Of a DNA stretch of 64,000 nt, positions 52,061 through 64,000 are shown in pieces. Made by a program: the position numbers and the translations under genes. Position 1 is the stretch's first letter; every line of letters begins with the position of its first letter. Source of the stretch: Octopus vulgaris (Eukaryota); the NCBI GenBank assembly GCA_951406725.2, contig OX597816.1:93558001-93622000 (forward strand), given 5' to 3'. The notes under the pieces were generated by a model. It saw only the letters and a list, made by a program, of their open reading frames with translations. It did no database searches and was not told the DNA's origin.

Positions 52061-53640
52061 TTATAATTCTGTGAGGCCATAACGGAAAACACCAATGTGA
52101 AATATGGACAAAATGTACAATCGTCTTTTTGTAAATATAGAAGAGTCAAAACTATAAATCACATGCTGGTTTGCCCTTAGTTGAACTCTCTATGTTGCTT
52201 GGATAATTTGAGAAATATTTCGAAGATGGTGTAACAATCTGAAACACTTTATAAAGACGCTAAATAATAATTGTTTGTACTTATGTACCTGTGTTTCAGT
52301 TATCGAATATTCATCATGCATTTTAGTTCTTGTTAATAGTTCTTGTTATAATAGTTAAATGTTCTTTAGATTTCTGTCTGTCGTCTTGTCGTAAAGGAAG
52401 AATTCATCGGATAATGTAGTTCTAGATGTTATATCTGAGAAAAACGACGAGATGGTCAAGATTATGAAAGCCTTTGATCACAGATAAATTTGATTAGCGA
52501 TGCTCTGGAACTAAAACAACAGTAACAACAACTAAAGAAGCAGCAGTGGCAACAGAATTAGCTTCGATACATTTTCAATTCAATTTTCACGCAAGATTAA
52601 GATCATCGCTTCCTTACTGCTTCATATTAAAAAATATTCTGTAATATGTATATTTGTTTCACAACTATGCGATTTGAAGCTGATATCTATGTTGCTTAAT
52701 CTTGAGTCAAGCTTCACTGAGCAGGTTTATGATTAAAAGCATTTTGGCAGCGACTCTACCATCATATTGCATCCAGTTCTTTTCTGAATTTTTACGTATC
52801 TTGACTCTTCAATATCCAACGTATCCGTTTTTTTTTTTCATACCGTCCATGTGTTTTAAATTATAAATGGCATTTATTCCTTGTAATTTAAATGACCACA
52901 TAAATGCTCCCTCGTTAGTTCACAGTTTAAAAGTTATAGGGGAAAGAAAAATAGGGTTTCTCGGATGAAATATCTGAAATCATCAGCCAAAATTAAAGTT
53001 ACAAATGTCATCCATTAAGAAACTATTTGTACTCACTTTGTATAAAAAAAAGAGGCAGGGTACTTTATATATCAATTACTAGTGCGATGCATAAATAATG
53101 ATTGCTAATATAGACACAAGGAAATTAACAAATTCCGAGTAGAGGATTTATAGGGTCAATTATTGCACTTGACTGGGACTTACACTCCCTAAGCAAAACA
53201 AAAAAGTTCAAGCTGACTGCAATGTGATTTGAACTGAGACCACGAGATATCTTGTCTACGTCTTCAGACCTAAACATGTGTGCCACTCACTTCATCGATA
53301 TGTGCAAGCGCACTTAAACTCAGATAGTAGATATAAGCACCATGCACCAATGCTCCACAACCATAAACAAAAACTTGCCACTAGAATGTATATAATTATC
53401 AACTATTTTTCAGTATTTTTCATATATACTCGCATGAAAGTTGCTCTGCTCATCTTTCTGACAATTTGTTTTTATCCATTTCCAATCCATTGTACAAATA
53501 TCCAAGTACTCATCAATCCACCGACAAACAACTATACGTTACCAGCATCAGCAATACAACATCCAAAATACAGCATCTAATAACAACACCCAAAATTTAA
53601 ATCCTATAATTACAATTATCATTGTCCAGAAAATTCTATT

Positions 53641-53696
<56 letters not shown>

Positions 53697-54299
53697 AAGC
53701 CATTTTTATTCCAAGAATATTTATGTTTAACAACTGAAGGAATTTAATAAAAGCATCTAAATATGAAATATCATGAAAATTGTTCTAGAGTCCTTCTTAA
53801 TCGACACTTTTTCCGTTCGAGTCAATACAGAATTGCAGATAGTATTTACGGAATTTTGATTTACTGTCGGATGACTTTTGACCAACCCTATATATATATA
53901 TATATACATATATATGTATAGCACGTGATATAGGAGTTTCAGCGCCCATAACAGACGAGTCTCGTCTTCTACGATCTATGTATGCTTTTATGCATCAAGT
54001 GCCTATATGAGAGTTCTCGAGAGGCTAATAACGCAGTATTCAGTTTTCTAACAAGACATCCACGTTGAGTTGGCTATAAAGATTGCCTTTTGACACAAAT
54101 ATTGCTTTCTTCGCTAATAATTAATCTTTAATAATCCTGGAGGATATTCGTGACGTCAGTGTCTGAAAAGCTACTGATATGCTATATATCGTTGCAACGA
54201 GATTTGTCGGCTATGCGGTAACCTGACGCTACCCACTGATGATATCCACTAAACTGAAATTTACTCGAACGAATAGACTCTAGTACTTGGATTTTCCTT

Positions 54300-54585
54300 T
54301 TAAGCCTGATACTTATTACCGACCTACAAAGCTACGGGGACGTAAACACACCAATACTGGTTGCCAAGCGATGATTGGGAACAAACACAGACATAACGGC
54401 ACACACACGTATATGTATACATACGACGAGCTTCTTTCAGTTTCCATCTACCAAATCCACTTAAAAGACACTGGTCAACCTGAGGCTGTAACAGAAGAGA
54501 CTTGCCCATGATTCCAAGCAGTGCGACGGAACCCGGAACCTTGTGGACTCAAAAGCAAGCTGTTTACAACACAGCTACGCCTGTC
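54300..54585 (-). mobile_element. SINE family B
   Basis: 'ggggacgtaaacacacc...cttctttcagtttccatctaccaaatccac...gaacccggaacc' is the reverse complement of family B. Confidence 0.8.
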
Positions 54586-54626
54586 GAATGACGAGAATGA
54601 GTGGTGCTTTGGCGGATAAAATTTAT

Positions 54627-54720
54627 TTATTTGTGTATTAAGGTTACCATTGGTTTCAAGTTAAGAAAAGTATTTTAATATCTCAATATGAAACCAATGA
54701 TAGCCTTAATACGCAAATAA
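54627..54720. repeat. About 32-bp inverted repeat (hairpin) with a 30-nt spacer
   Basis: tatttgtgtattaaggttaccattggtttca / tgaaaccaatgatagccttaatacgcaaata. Confidence 0.8.
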
Positions 54721-54731
54721 TATTTACATAT

Positions 54732-54764
<33 letters not shown>

Positions 54765-54765
54765 T

Positions 54766-54808
<43 letters not shown>

Positions 54809-55015
54809 CAAAATAAGAAAATGGAGAAACATCTTAATCAATGATCAACTACCAGATAATACCCAATCACATAATTTATTAAACCACTACATATGAACAT
54901 TAAGATCAAACATAATAATATAGAACAAAACAACGTACATGAAAGAGTAAAATGATACAATAAGTACAGTATGTATAAGTGAATATGAATAAATACAAAT
55001 ATAAATATAAACTAC

Positions 55016-55142
55016 ATCTTACAGCTGTTTCAGCCATGCAGATATGGGTGCCTCATTATGCTCATATTAGCCATGTGTGATAGGTTAATATGTAGTTATA
55101 AATGAGACACTTACAAAAATATCCTAAGGCCTCTTCAGAGAT
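55016..55142 (-). ncRNA. Type I hammerhead ribozyme with an about 90-nt loop II insert, in a Penelope-like repeat (about 54810-55260)
   Basis: The minus strand reads atct-CTGAAGA-ggcc-(long insert)-ggct-GAAA-cagctg-TA-agat. Stem III is the palindrome ACAGCTGT and the triplet is GUA. Confidence 0.75.
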
Positions 55143-55273
55143 TATGAAGAACAAACTAAATTAAATATGAAAATCAGAGGAGGTACAACCATACAATAGT
55201 GGGTACATACCCATAATATATAATATATAATATAATATACACATACATATGAGTGCATATATCCATACTCCTA

Positions 55274-55360
<87 letters not shown>

Positions 55361-56326
55361 TACAGCAATATACATACACATGTTCTATATTCAAGGTTAC
55401 AGTTAGTCACAACAATATATTAGAATATTACAATATAGAAACATACACATATCTATATTCAAATGCAGATATACAAAGTCAATAATTCATTATATTAAGT
55501 TACAAAATGCCATTAATATTACTATCATTACTATTACCATTGTCACTATTGCTACTAGTATTATTATTATCATTATTAATAATAATAGCATTAATACCAG
55601 CAAAACAATATATGCATCACGCGGTTAGCAACATAATAGCAAAACAACAACAATAATAATACAGTACCATGCAAAGCATTAAGATCGGCAGATACATATA
55701 AAATGAAAGATGGAAATCATTGATTTACATAGTAGAAAATTCCACAGGTATACAAGCGTTTACCCGGACTGATATATGTGCAAAGTAGTAAGTTCAGAGA
55801 TCGTTAGATATCGAACGGCCAATGCGATTGGCCTGCACATTTGAACTTCTGTCAACGAAGACAATTGGCCCTAGCGACGGATTTAGTCTTAGCATGTGGT
55901 CTACAGTGAAAACATGTTGCTGATAAATAACTAAGAGGCGAAAATACATATCACCGTCGCTACAAGATGATTTTTGTTTGCTACTTTTTCAGTATCTCCT
56001 TTAGGTACGGTTTTCAAATTCACTTCCAAAAGTATTTGATTCTTGCTCTGAAAAATTTTCATTTGTAAAATGTTTTAATGGGCGTATCTCCGCTTCAAGC
56101 AACATGAGAAGAGATCTTTGCAAAGTCATACGCTAAACTCGCAGTTAACTGTAATAGAATTTTGAGCAGATGTATCCACTTTCTGCGATCGAAGATTTAA
56201 TACAGTATCGTACGTGTCACAAATTCTTCACCACACAGAGCTGTTCATCAGATTCAAATGAAACAATCCAATCATGGAATTAATTTCAGAAAATTTAGAA
56301 TTTATATTTTGCAGAATTGTGTAAAA

Positions 56327-56561
56327 CTGGTTTTCAACCATTTTTTTTTTTATCTATGGACCCTCTTCGATGCCTATCTTATTCTCCTGGACCTCAATAG
56401 TCATTTGTTGCATTTAAAAAATACCCTAATGTATTTTTATAATTAAATATGATCAGGGATTGCATAAACAAAATTTAGATGTCTTGCGTATTGTAAATGT
56501 GTAAGCAATTTATTGCCCTTAAATTCCAACAACATAAATTTTCTCCGGTTGAGAACCACTA
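56327..56561. mobile_element. hAT-type MITE (related to 34486-35032)
   Basis: Ends are ctggttttcaacc / ggttgagaaccacta, with TSD gtgtaaaa/gcgtaaaa and an internal 'tatggaccc' shared with 34486. Confidence 0.65.
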
Positions 56562-56914
56562 GCGTAAAACATCAGAAACGAACACTTCTCTATACCTTCC
56601 TTTTCTATAAAAATATCCATTTGAATGTGGTAAGAGAGTTGTTTTTATTGAACCAGGTCAGTCTCAATCAAGTAGACTTTTCATTGGAGACATTCCACCC
56701 ACGATCAACTGATATCATTTTAAGGCATACTGTGTCTAAGACTACATTATCAAATGTGTCGAGTCTACATAGTCAAATCTTTTAGCTTTGTAAGACGACA
56801 GAGTTGCTAGTTTAGGGAGATGTAGCTGTTATTTCTAATACATCTACAAGTGGGAGGAACCTCTCGTCTGCAGGAGAAATTTTAACCACATTCCAGTACG
56901 AAATCGACCACTGA

Positions 56915-56991
<77 letters not shown>

Positions 56992-56999
56992 ACGCAAAC

Positions 57000-57180
57000 G
57001 TATACACACACACATGACAAGTTTCCACACAGTTTTGTCTATCAAATTCCCTCACTCACATAATACTAGTCTCCTTGAGGCGTTAATAGAACAGTTAAAT
57101 TGCCCAAAGTGCAGTGGGACTGGGCTCGAAACCACGTGGTTGCAAATCAAGTTTCTTAACCACACAGTCATGCCTACATA
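57000..57180 (-). mobile_element. SINE family B 5' fragment (diverged)
   Basis: 'tgcccaaagtgcagtgggactgggctcgaaaccacgtggttgcaaatcaagtttcttaaccacacagtcatgcct'. Confidence 0.7.
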
Positions 57181-57185
57181 CACAC

Positions 57186-57219
<34 letters not shown>

Positions 57220-57224
57220 ATAAT

Positions 57225-57770
57225 ATTAGGGAGTGTAACTCCAAACTTACAGGGAAAAATTCAATTTAGTATTAAATCAAATTTCACAGTATAAATATAT
57301 AAAATATAAATTAGAGATAAAACCACTATTATGCAACTCAAACATTGATAGACATAAACCAATACATAAATAACAAATGATATATATTTTATGAAACATA
57401 TAACTTATAACTAGATCTCAAAAAGTATAGAACTGAATATAGTAGGCTTTCCATTTAACCCTAGAAACAAAATCCTTAACGTCATTAATAAGTTTCAAAA
57501 TAAATTCTTTCCTAGAAGGTACTGGAATATCCTTCAAAGATGAATTCCAAAATAACAGTTCTATCTTACCTGTAAGTTCCATAAAATACGAAATTGAGAT
57601 TTACATACACTCAATAAACGTAAGCTATCAACATAATAATAACTATTGAGATCTAGTTATAAGTTATATATTTTATAAGAAATATATATTAATTGTTATT
57701 TATGCATTGGTTTATGTCTATCAATGTTGCATAATAGTGGTTTTATCTCTAATTTATATTTTACATATGT
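57225..57770. repeat. Penelope-like fold-back with about 125-bp inverted arms (57295-57421 and 57646-57768)
   Basis: 'aaaatataaattagagataaaaccactattatgcaac...aactagatctcaa' is the reverse complement of 'ttgagatctagtt...gttgcataatagtggttttatctctaatttatatttt'. Confidence 0.75.
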
Positions 57771-57817
57771 GATACAGTTACTCTCTGTATAGAAGACACT
57801 TAGTAATGCTGAAAAGA

Positions 57818-58023
57818 TTAAACTCCGATGTCTTTACAAGGGATCATTCTACAAGGTAAAGAAAAGCTGTAAGAGAGATGAGGTTGAGCGGGTATAGAAG
57901 CAATTATGGGCATAAGCAAATTAGACACATCAAATAATTGTTTCTATACCCGATCAACAGGATCCTTCTTATAGCCTTTCTTTACCTTGTGGAATGATCC
58001 CCTGTAAAGACATCGGAGTCTAA
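57818..58023. mobile_element. Palindromic MITE-like hairpin element (about 90-bp arms); second partial copy at 59162-59292
   Basis: ttaaactccgatgtctttac...gggtatagaagcaattat / ataattgtttctataccc...gtaaagacatcggagtctaa. Both copies have the same loop. Confidence 0.8.
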
Positions 58024-58051
58024 GTTTGAATCTTGTATATATACATACATA

Positions 58052-59160
58052 TTAGGTTGTCTGGAAAGTTCTGAGTGTTTTAAAGCTAAATATTGAGCAC
58101 ACTTGAAACGTAACACAGTTAAAGTTTGGCGTTGCTTGAAGTGGCAATGCATCTCTTCTTTGTTCCTGACTAAAAGTAGATTTATCTTTCATTACGATTA
58201 GCCTTTATTAACATTTGAAATGGATAACCAAAAATTTGATTTACGCGCTGCAATGCTATTCTTTTTTTTTTTTTTGAAAAAGGAGAAAATGCTGCAAAGA
58301 CTTGCAGAAACATTTGTGAAGTTTATGGTGATGATGCTGTAGGTGAATCAACTGTTCGAAAGTGATTTATAGAATTAAAAACTGGACAGTTTAGCTTAGA
58401 AGATGACAAGCGCAGTGGAAGATCTTCAAAATTGGATGAAGATTTTTTGAAGGCAAAAATCGAAGAAAACTCAAATATCACGACCAGAGAACTTGCAGAT
58501 GAGTTGGAAGCTTCTAAAAGTACGGCCCATGAACACCCAGTGAAGCTAAGATACGTTTCTCGTTATAATGTATGAGTCCCTCACAAATTCTCAGAAAAGA
58601 ATTGCTTGGACCAGTATTCTGTTTGTAATATGCTTTTGAAATGGAATGAAAGACCCTTCCTTGTTTGAAACAATTTATGACTGAAGATGAAAAATGAATT
58701 GCACATGAAAATGCTGTGCGAAAAAGATTCTGGAGTTTGCGTAATGATCTCCAAAACAGCAACCAAAGACGAATATCCATGCCAAAAAAGCTATGCTTTG
58801 TGTTTGGTGGGATCATAAAGGCATTATTTATTATGAGCTTCTCCCACAAAGCCAGACCATTAACTCTAGTGTGTACTGTCGTCAGCTGGCTAATTTGAAC
58901 CAAAAAAATGAAAGAATTGAGGCCGGAGATTGCCAACAGGAAAGGGGGGGGGTTCCAAGAAGACAATATCCGACCACATGTGTCTTTAGCTACCCGGACA
59001 AAGTTACATGAACTTGGCTGGGATCTCTTACTCCATCCACGATATTCTCCTGATACTGTGCCATCCGACTGCCACTTGCTTTTGTCTCTGCAAGGAAAAA
59101 CATTTAAAGATTTAAATGGAGTCAAAAGGCATCTAGATAACTTTTTTCTTCAAAACCAGT
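58052..59160 (+). mobile_element. Mariner (DD34D) transposon, pseudogenised, with 5' TIR; 3' end replaced by the hairpin element
   Basis: TA|ttaggttgtctggaaagttctgag and an ATG at 58220. Remnants include 'GQFSLEDDKRSGR', '*VPHKFS', 'MTEDEK*', 'LCVWWDHKGIIYYELL', 'DNIRPH' and 'LHPRYSPDTVPSDCHL'. Confidence 0.88.
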
Positions 59161-59477
59161 CAAAGGCTATAAGAGGGATCGGGTTGAGCGGGTATAGAAA
59201 TTATGGGGTTAAGCAAATTAGACACGTCAAATAATTGATTCTATACCCGATCAACAGGATCCCTCTTATAGCCTTTCTTCACCTTGTGGAATTATATATA
59301 TATATATATATATTCTGGTGACGTTGATGATCGCCTGGGGCTAAATGCATCAGTAACACCCCCACCGCCCTGCCCTGTCCCTAGCCACATTCGGATGGCT
59401 AACGTCCCTTATGTTATGGAGCAGTTACTGTATATACCTCGTTTAGAGAATTATTATATATATATATATATATATAT

Positions 59478-59960
59478 AATAAAATACAAAAAGGGGCAAC
59501 AAAGCATCCAGATACACGATACAAAAGAACAAGGACGGGTCATTCGAAGCCTTTTATCTTCAGTCAAGAACCGGATCATCCTCGTAATCTCGGCTGATTA
59601 ATCTTGAGATTGCTTCAATCTGGCCAGCCCCAAAGAAAAACTAAGCTAAGAGCGTGGAAAAAAGCATCGAATGTATACGAAAACAAGGACAGAAAAACAG
59701 ACGATGTTACACAAAAATACAATAAAAGTAACAATAATAATAATAATGACAGGACATAACAACAGGCGACTTTCGACTGAGGACGAATGGAATTCAGCTG
59801 GCGTGTGTGGAAATGAAGCCTTACGGCAGAGGGAAGAATATCGATGTGGCAGTGACCGTGGTCAGACGCAAAAGGGCTAGCAGTCGGCCAATCGGTCACG
59901 TGAGAAGAGAAGAGAGAGAAAAAGAGGTACAAAGGAATTAAGGAGGGGGAGAAGAGAGAG
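59478..59960 (-). mobile_element. Penelope-like terminal-repeat element (family of 63345-63650)
   Basis: Reverse-complement homology over about 250 bp to 63380-63640. Bounded by (TA)n. Confidence 0.75.
59548..59613 (-). ncRNA. Non-circularly permuted hammerhead motif (GAAA mutated to GAGA)
   Basis: The minus strand reads gcaat-C | tcaaga | ttaatc | agcc-GAGA-ttac | 14 nt | tcttga-CTGAAGA-taaaa-ggct. Confidence 0.65.
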
Positions 59961-59962
59961 AG

Positions 59963-60009
<47 letters not shown>

Positions 60010-61334
60010 CATACATAAACAGATACATGTACGTGTGCGCGCGCTCACATACACATACGCACACACAAACACACACGCACACACACATACGCACAATAGT
60101 AATTCAATACGTTTCATATCAATAGCTTTGTAAAATTAACGATTCATTATCTTTATAATTTGTTTCTTACTAGAAAAGCACCCCCCACCCTACCTGACAG
60201 ATTCTTACACACTTATAATCCACTCCTAACTCTATAAAAGCCTCTCCTCTCCCCGCTGTTCCTGCTCAGAGGGAGCCCTCGTTGGTTCTGCATAAAACAG
60301 TTTCCCAAACATTACCCCTGACGGAAGTAATTTTGGAAACGAGCATTTTTATTGATTTCTTCAAACATTATGATAAACTCCCCGACCCCCGCTTCTTTTA
60401 AACCCTTTTTAATCATATATAATTCTCCATCGTTGAAACAGATTCTTGTACGGTTCCCAAACCCATCACCAAAGCTTCTTTTTACACTCTCACTCACTCA
60501 GTCGATGCTTTTCGATGGGAACTGTCTCACTCACACAAGTTCCCAGACTCCGCTACAGAGCCAAGCTTTTCCAGATCAGTGAACAGCTGCCTTATCTGCT
60601 CAACACTGCCTAATATCTGATTACAATCACCAAACATTAACTAGATGGAGAAATTTACCGAAAAAATACATGCACACGCGCGCGCACACGTACACACACA
60701 CGCACACACACACACACGTAAACTACACAAATACACACAAGCGTTCACAAAATGACGAACACATACACACATATATATACATATACGCGCACACGCATAT
60801 ACTTGCATATATAGAGAAACAAACGTATACAGATCTATAAATACACGAATACACATACACACACATACACATACATAGGCGCCATACACACACACACACA
60901 GACACGCACGCATGTACACACACAGTACATACATACGCACGTAAATACTCATATACTACGCCCCCACACTCACATGTACACACACACACGCACACAAACA
61001 CACAAACATATGCAGACACACACACACATACTCACAGATACACAAATGCCAAAATTCCTCCTTTCCAGTGATAAGATATTTCAGCAAGTTGTTTTGCTTC
61101 ATGTTTTTTAACCAAGCTATCGTCTGCCACCCTACTGGCGTCTTCGTGTCCCCCGTATCGGGGTAAAGTCTACACATAACATGAAACGAAGATGAAGAAA
61201 GTTATTGTAAAAGAAAGAAAGAAAGAAAGAAAGAGAAGGAAAGAAAAGAAGAAACTGACTGCAGAAAGGTAAATGAAACAAAAATGATTAGACAAGAATG
61301 AAAAAGAATTAAAAATACAAAGAAAATAGTTTCA

Positions 61335-61490
<156 letters not shown>

Positions 61491-61533
61491 TAGATGTAGT
61501 TATAGATAGATAGATAGATAGATATATGGATAT

Positions 61534-61580
<47 letters not shown>

Positions 61581-61595
61581 TAGATAGAGATAGAT

Positions 61596-61642
<47 letters not shown>

Positions 61643-61909
61643 TACATAAACACATACATGCATACATACAAACGTACATACATACATATATAGACATACA
61701 TATATCTGTAAAATAATTATATGTCGGATACTGTATATATATATATATACATACATACATACATACATACAGTATATGGTGGAAGGTATGTATACCTGTA
61801 TGTGTGTGCGTGCGCGTGTGTGTATGCGTGTAAATTTCTCCAAATTCTTACAACTGGTCATGTGAATTATTTTTCGTAGCTCATTTCTGCTATCTTTTAA
61901 TATCTTTTA

Positions 61910-62290
61910 TCTTTTACTTGTTTCAGTCATTAGACTGCAGCCATGCTGAGGTACTGCCTTGAAGAATTTGTAGTCGAATGAATCGACCAGTGTACTTTTT
62001 GTTTTTTTTCTTTCAGGCTAAGTACTTATTCTATAGTGTGCATTTTATTTTGCCAAACCGGTAAATAACAAGGATGTAAACACACCAACAAGTTGTCACT
62101 CCGCAGACACAAATGCGCGCGCACATACACACACATGCGTGCATATATATACTACGGGTTTCTTTCAGTTTCTAACTGCAAAATCCACCCACAAGACTTT
62201 AGTCGACTCGACGCAATAATAGATGAGATTTGTCTAAAGTGCTATGCAATAGGATTGAAACAAACTTCTTACCACACAGCTACGCCTATT
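61910..62290 (-). mobile_element. SINE family B
   Basis: 'tttacttgtttcagtcattagactgcagccatgctg...tttctttcagtttc...caaaatccac...cttaccacacagctacgcct'. Confidence 0.8.
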
Positions 62291-62463
62291 TGTGCACGTG
62301 TGTGTGTGTGTTTGTGTGTATGTGTGTGTGTATGTGTGTGCGTGTGCGCATGTATATCAATGCTTTTAATACTAATATGAATTTTAGCACACAGCCACAA
62401 ATTTGTATGGGAGGGGGTATTCCTATCGTTTTGTGCGGATCACCTCAATTTCCGTGTCGTTTC

Positions 62464-62524
<61 letters not shown>

Positions 62525-62529
62525 TATAT

Positions 62530-62698
62530 AGGGAGAGTTTATGAAAAAAACAAAAGACGAAGACAGGTGGTGTACAAAACAAACAGATGTATTAGTATAA
62601 CGCTCAGGAACAGAAAAAGCCGTTTACGTTTCGAGCCTACGCTCTTCTACAGAAAGGGACACAGAAAAAACAAGGAGAGAAAAAAATGTGTAGTGGCT
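62530..62698 (-). mobile_element. Short Penelope-like/retrozyme-type element with a variant minimal type I HHR (62622-62655)
   Basis: The minus strand reads ttt-CTGTAGA-a-gagc-gtag-gctc-GAAA-cg-TA-aac. Homologous to 36030-36190. Confidence 0.72.
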
Positions 62699-63340
62699 GG
62701 GGGGACATAAATAATTATCCGCACTTTTACCATTACATATCTTTATTTTGTCACACTGCCTTCTGCGCATGCATGCTTACAGTTGGTACTATTGTGGTCA
62801 CGTAATCGAGGTTTGAGCCTGATCACGCCAATTATCTTTCTGGCTTGACAGTGTAAACATGGTTGCTCCTCTAGCAATGTGCACCAAAGAACAAAAAATA
62901 GTTATCCGAGAGATGGTAATGATGAAGCGGTTCACCATTACCATCTCTCGAGCTTGCTGAATCTTCTCATCACTGGTGGAGGTTAACAGGCGTTCTGCTC
63001 CCTCTTCGTGCGTCACGCTTGTCCGGCCACTTTTAAACTTCCCGACCCACTTCTACGCGGTAGTGCACTGTCCCTATATTGTGCCAAAAGCTGCCAATGA
63101 ATTTCAGCACCGGACACACCTTTCGACTGGAGAAATCGAATCACTGTCTTTGTTCTTCTTTGGTGCACGTTGCTAGTGGAGCGGCCACGCTTACACTGTA
63201 AAGCCAGAAAGAAAAATGGCGCGATCAGGTTCAAACTTCGATCACGTGACCACAATGGTACCAACGCATGTGTAGAAGGTAGTGTGACCATAATAAAGAT
63301 ATATTCTGGCAAAAGTGCGGATAATTTTTTACTTCCCCTC
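62699..63340. mobile_element. Mariner-derived fold-back element made of two 5' ends (about 210-bp inverted arms)
   Basis: 62699-62910 is the reverse complement of about 63135-63340 ('aattatccgcactttt.cca...gtcacact.ccttct...tgcaccaaagaa'). The minus strand encodes a transposase N-terminus, 'TVIRFLQSKGVSGAEIH...SGRTSVTHEEG'. Confidence 0.82.
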
Positions 63341-63344
63341 TGTC

Positions 63345-63650
63345 CTGCTATTACTATTCTCGTTTTTTATTTTTGTTTTTTGTATTTATATTCGTGTGGC
63401 ATCGTCCGTTTTTCTGTCCTTGTTTCGTATACATTCGATCCTTTTTCGAAGAAATCTAATGCTCGTAGCTTAGTTTCTCCTTGGGGCTGGCCGGATCGGA
63501 GCGATCTCAGGATTAATCAGCCGAAATTGCGAAGATGATCCGGTTCCTGACTGAAGATTAGAGGCTTCGAATGACCCGTCCGTTTTTTGTGTCGTCTCTT
63601 TATGTGTTTTGCGTTCTTGTCCCATTTTGTATTTTTTATATATAATTTTT
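63345..63650 (+). mobile_element. Penelope-like terminal-repeat element
   Basis: Homologous to 59478-59740 in reverse orientation. Ends at a TA/CA microsatellite and carries a permuted HHR. Confidence 0.75.
63501..63566 (+). ncRNA. Non-circularly permuted (pseudoknotted) hammerhead ribozyme motif with intact core
   Basis: gcgat-C | tcagga | ttaatc | agcc-GAAA-ttgc | 14 nt | tcctga-CTGAAGA-ttaga-ggct. Stem III is gcgat/attgc, stem I is tcagga/tcctga, stem II is ggct/agcc, and the triplet is AUC. Confidence 0.8.
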
Positions 63651-63652
63651 AT

Positions 63653-63707
<55 letters not shown>

Positions 63708-63728
63708 TAGAGAGAGAGAGAGAGAGAG

Positions 63729-63806
<78 letters not shown>

Positions 63807-64000
63807 ATATACGCATGGGGTCGCAGGGGGCGAGCGTGCTTCTATATTTGTGTCAGTGACTGCATATTATTTACGTTTATGCGTGTGTTGATCATACTTG
63901 TGTGAATATTTAGTGATAATAAGGATCATTAGCATTTATCCGACTTTGGATTCATTAAAAGCAAAGTGAACCAAGGTAGTATTTGAACATAGATCGTTAA

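Noticed and set aside
58514-59125. 203-aa minus-strand ORF
   Set aside because: It is the antisense shadow of the mariner transposase remnant.
60190-60640. Possible LINE endonuclease N-terminal remnant
   Set aside because: Too degraded, and no diagnostic APE motif is readable.
61116-61165. Possible micro-exon (ag|ctatcgtc...cggg|gtaaag)
   Set aside because: Weak splice signals and no recognisable peptide. It cannot be supported without RNA data.

Overview
AT-rich, microsatellite-dense eukaryotic DNA, intergenic or intronic. The two tRNA-derived SINE families resemble those of octopus, which is an inference from repeat sequence only. No intact host gene is visible, and most ORF-track entries are translated microsatellites. 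The window is dominated by degraded mobile elements: several mariner/Tc1 copies (including a DD37D/maT fragment and a 5'-5' fold-back derivative), a Merlin transposon with TIRs and an 8-bp TSD, two hAT-type MITEs, a compound Helitron with a PIF1 helicase fragment, two R4/Dong-like, two RTE-like and two CR1/Jockey-like LINE remnants, and many SINEs. The most striking signal is a set of short Penelope-like terminal-repeat elements next to (TA)n tracts that carry hammerhead ribozyme (HHR) motifs in three architectures. These are minimal type I motifs with a palindromic stem III, type I motifs with large loop II inserts, and five copies of a non-circularly permuted (pseudoknotted) hammerhead. In the permuted form the strand order is [stem III-UH-stem I] -> [stem II-GAAA-stem III] -> [stem I-CUGANGA-stem II], supported by compensatory base changes in stems I and III between copies.
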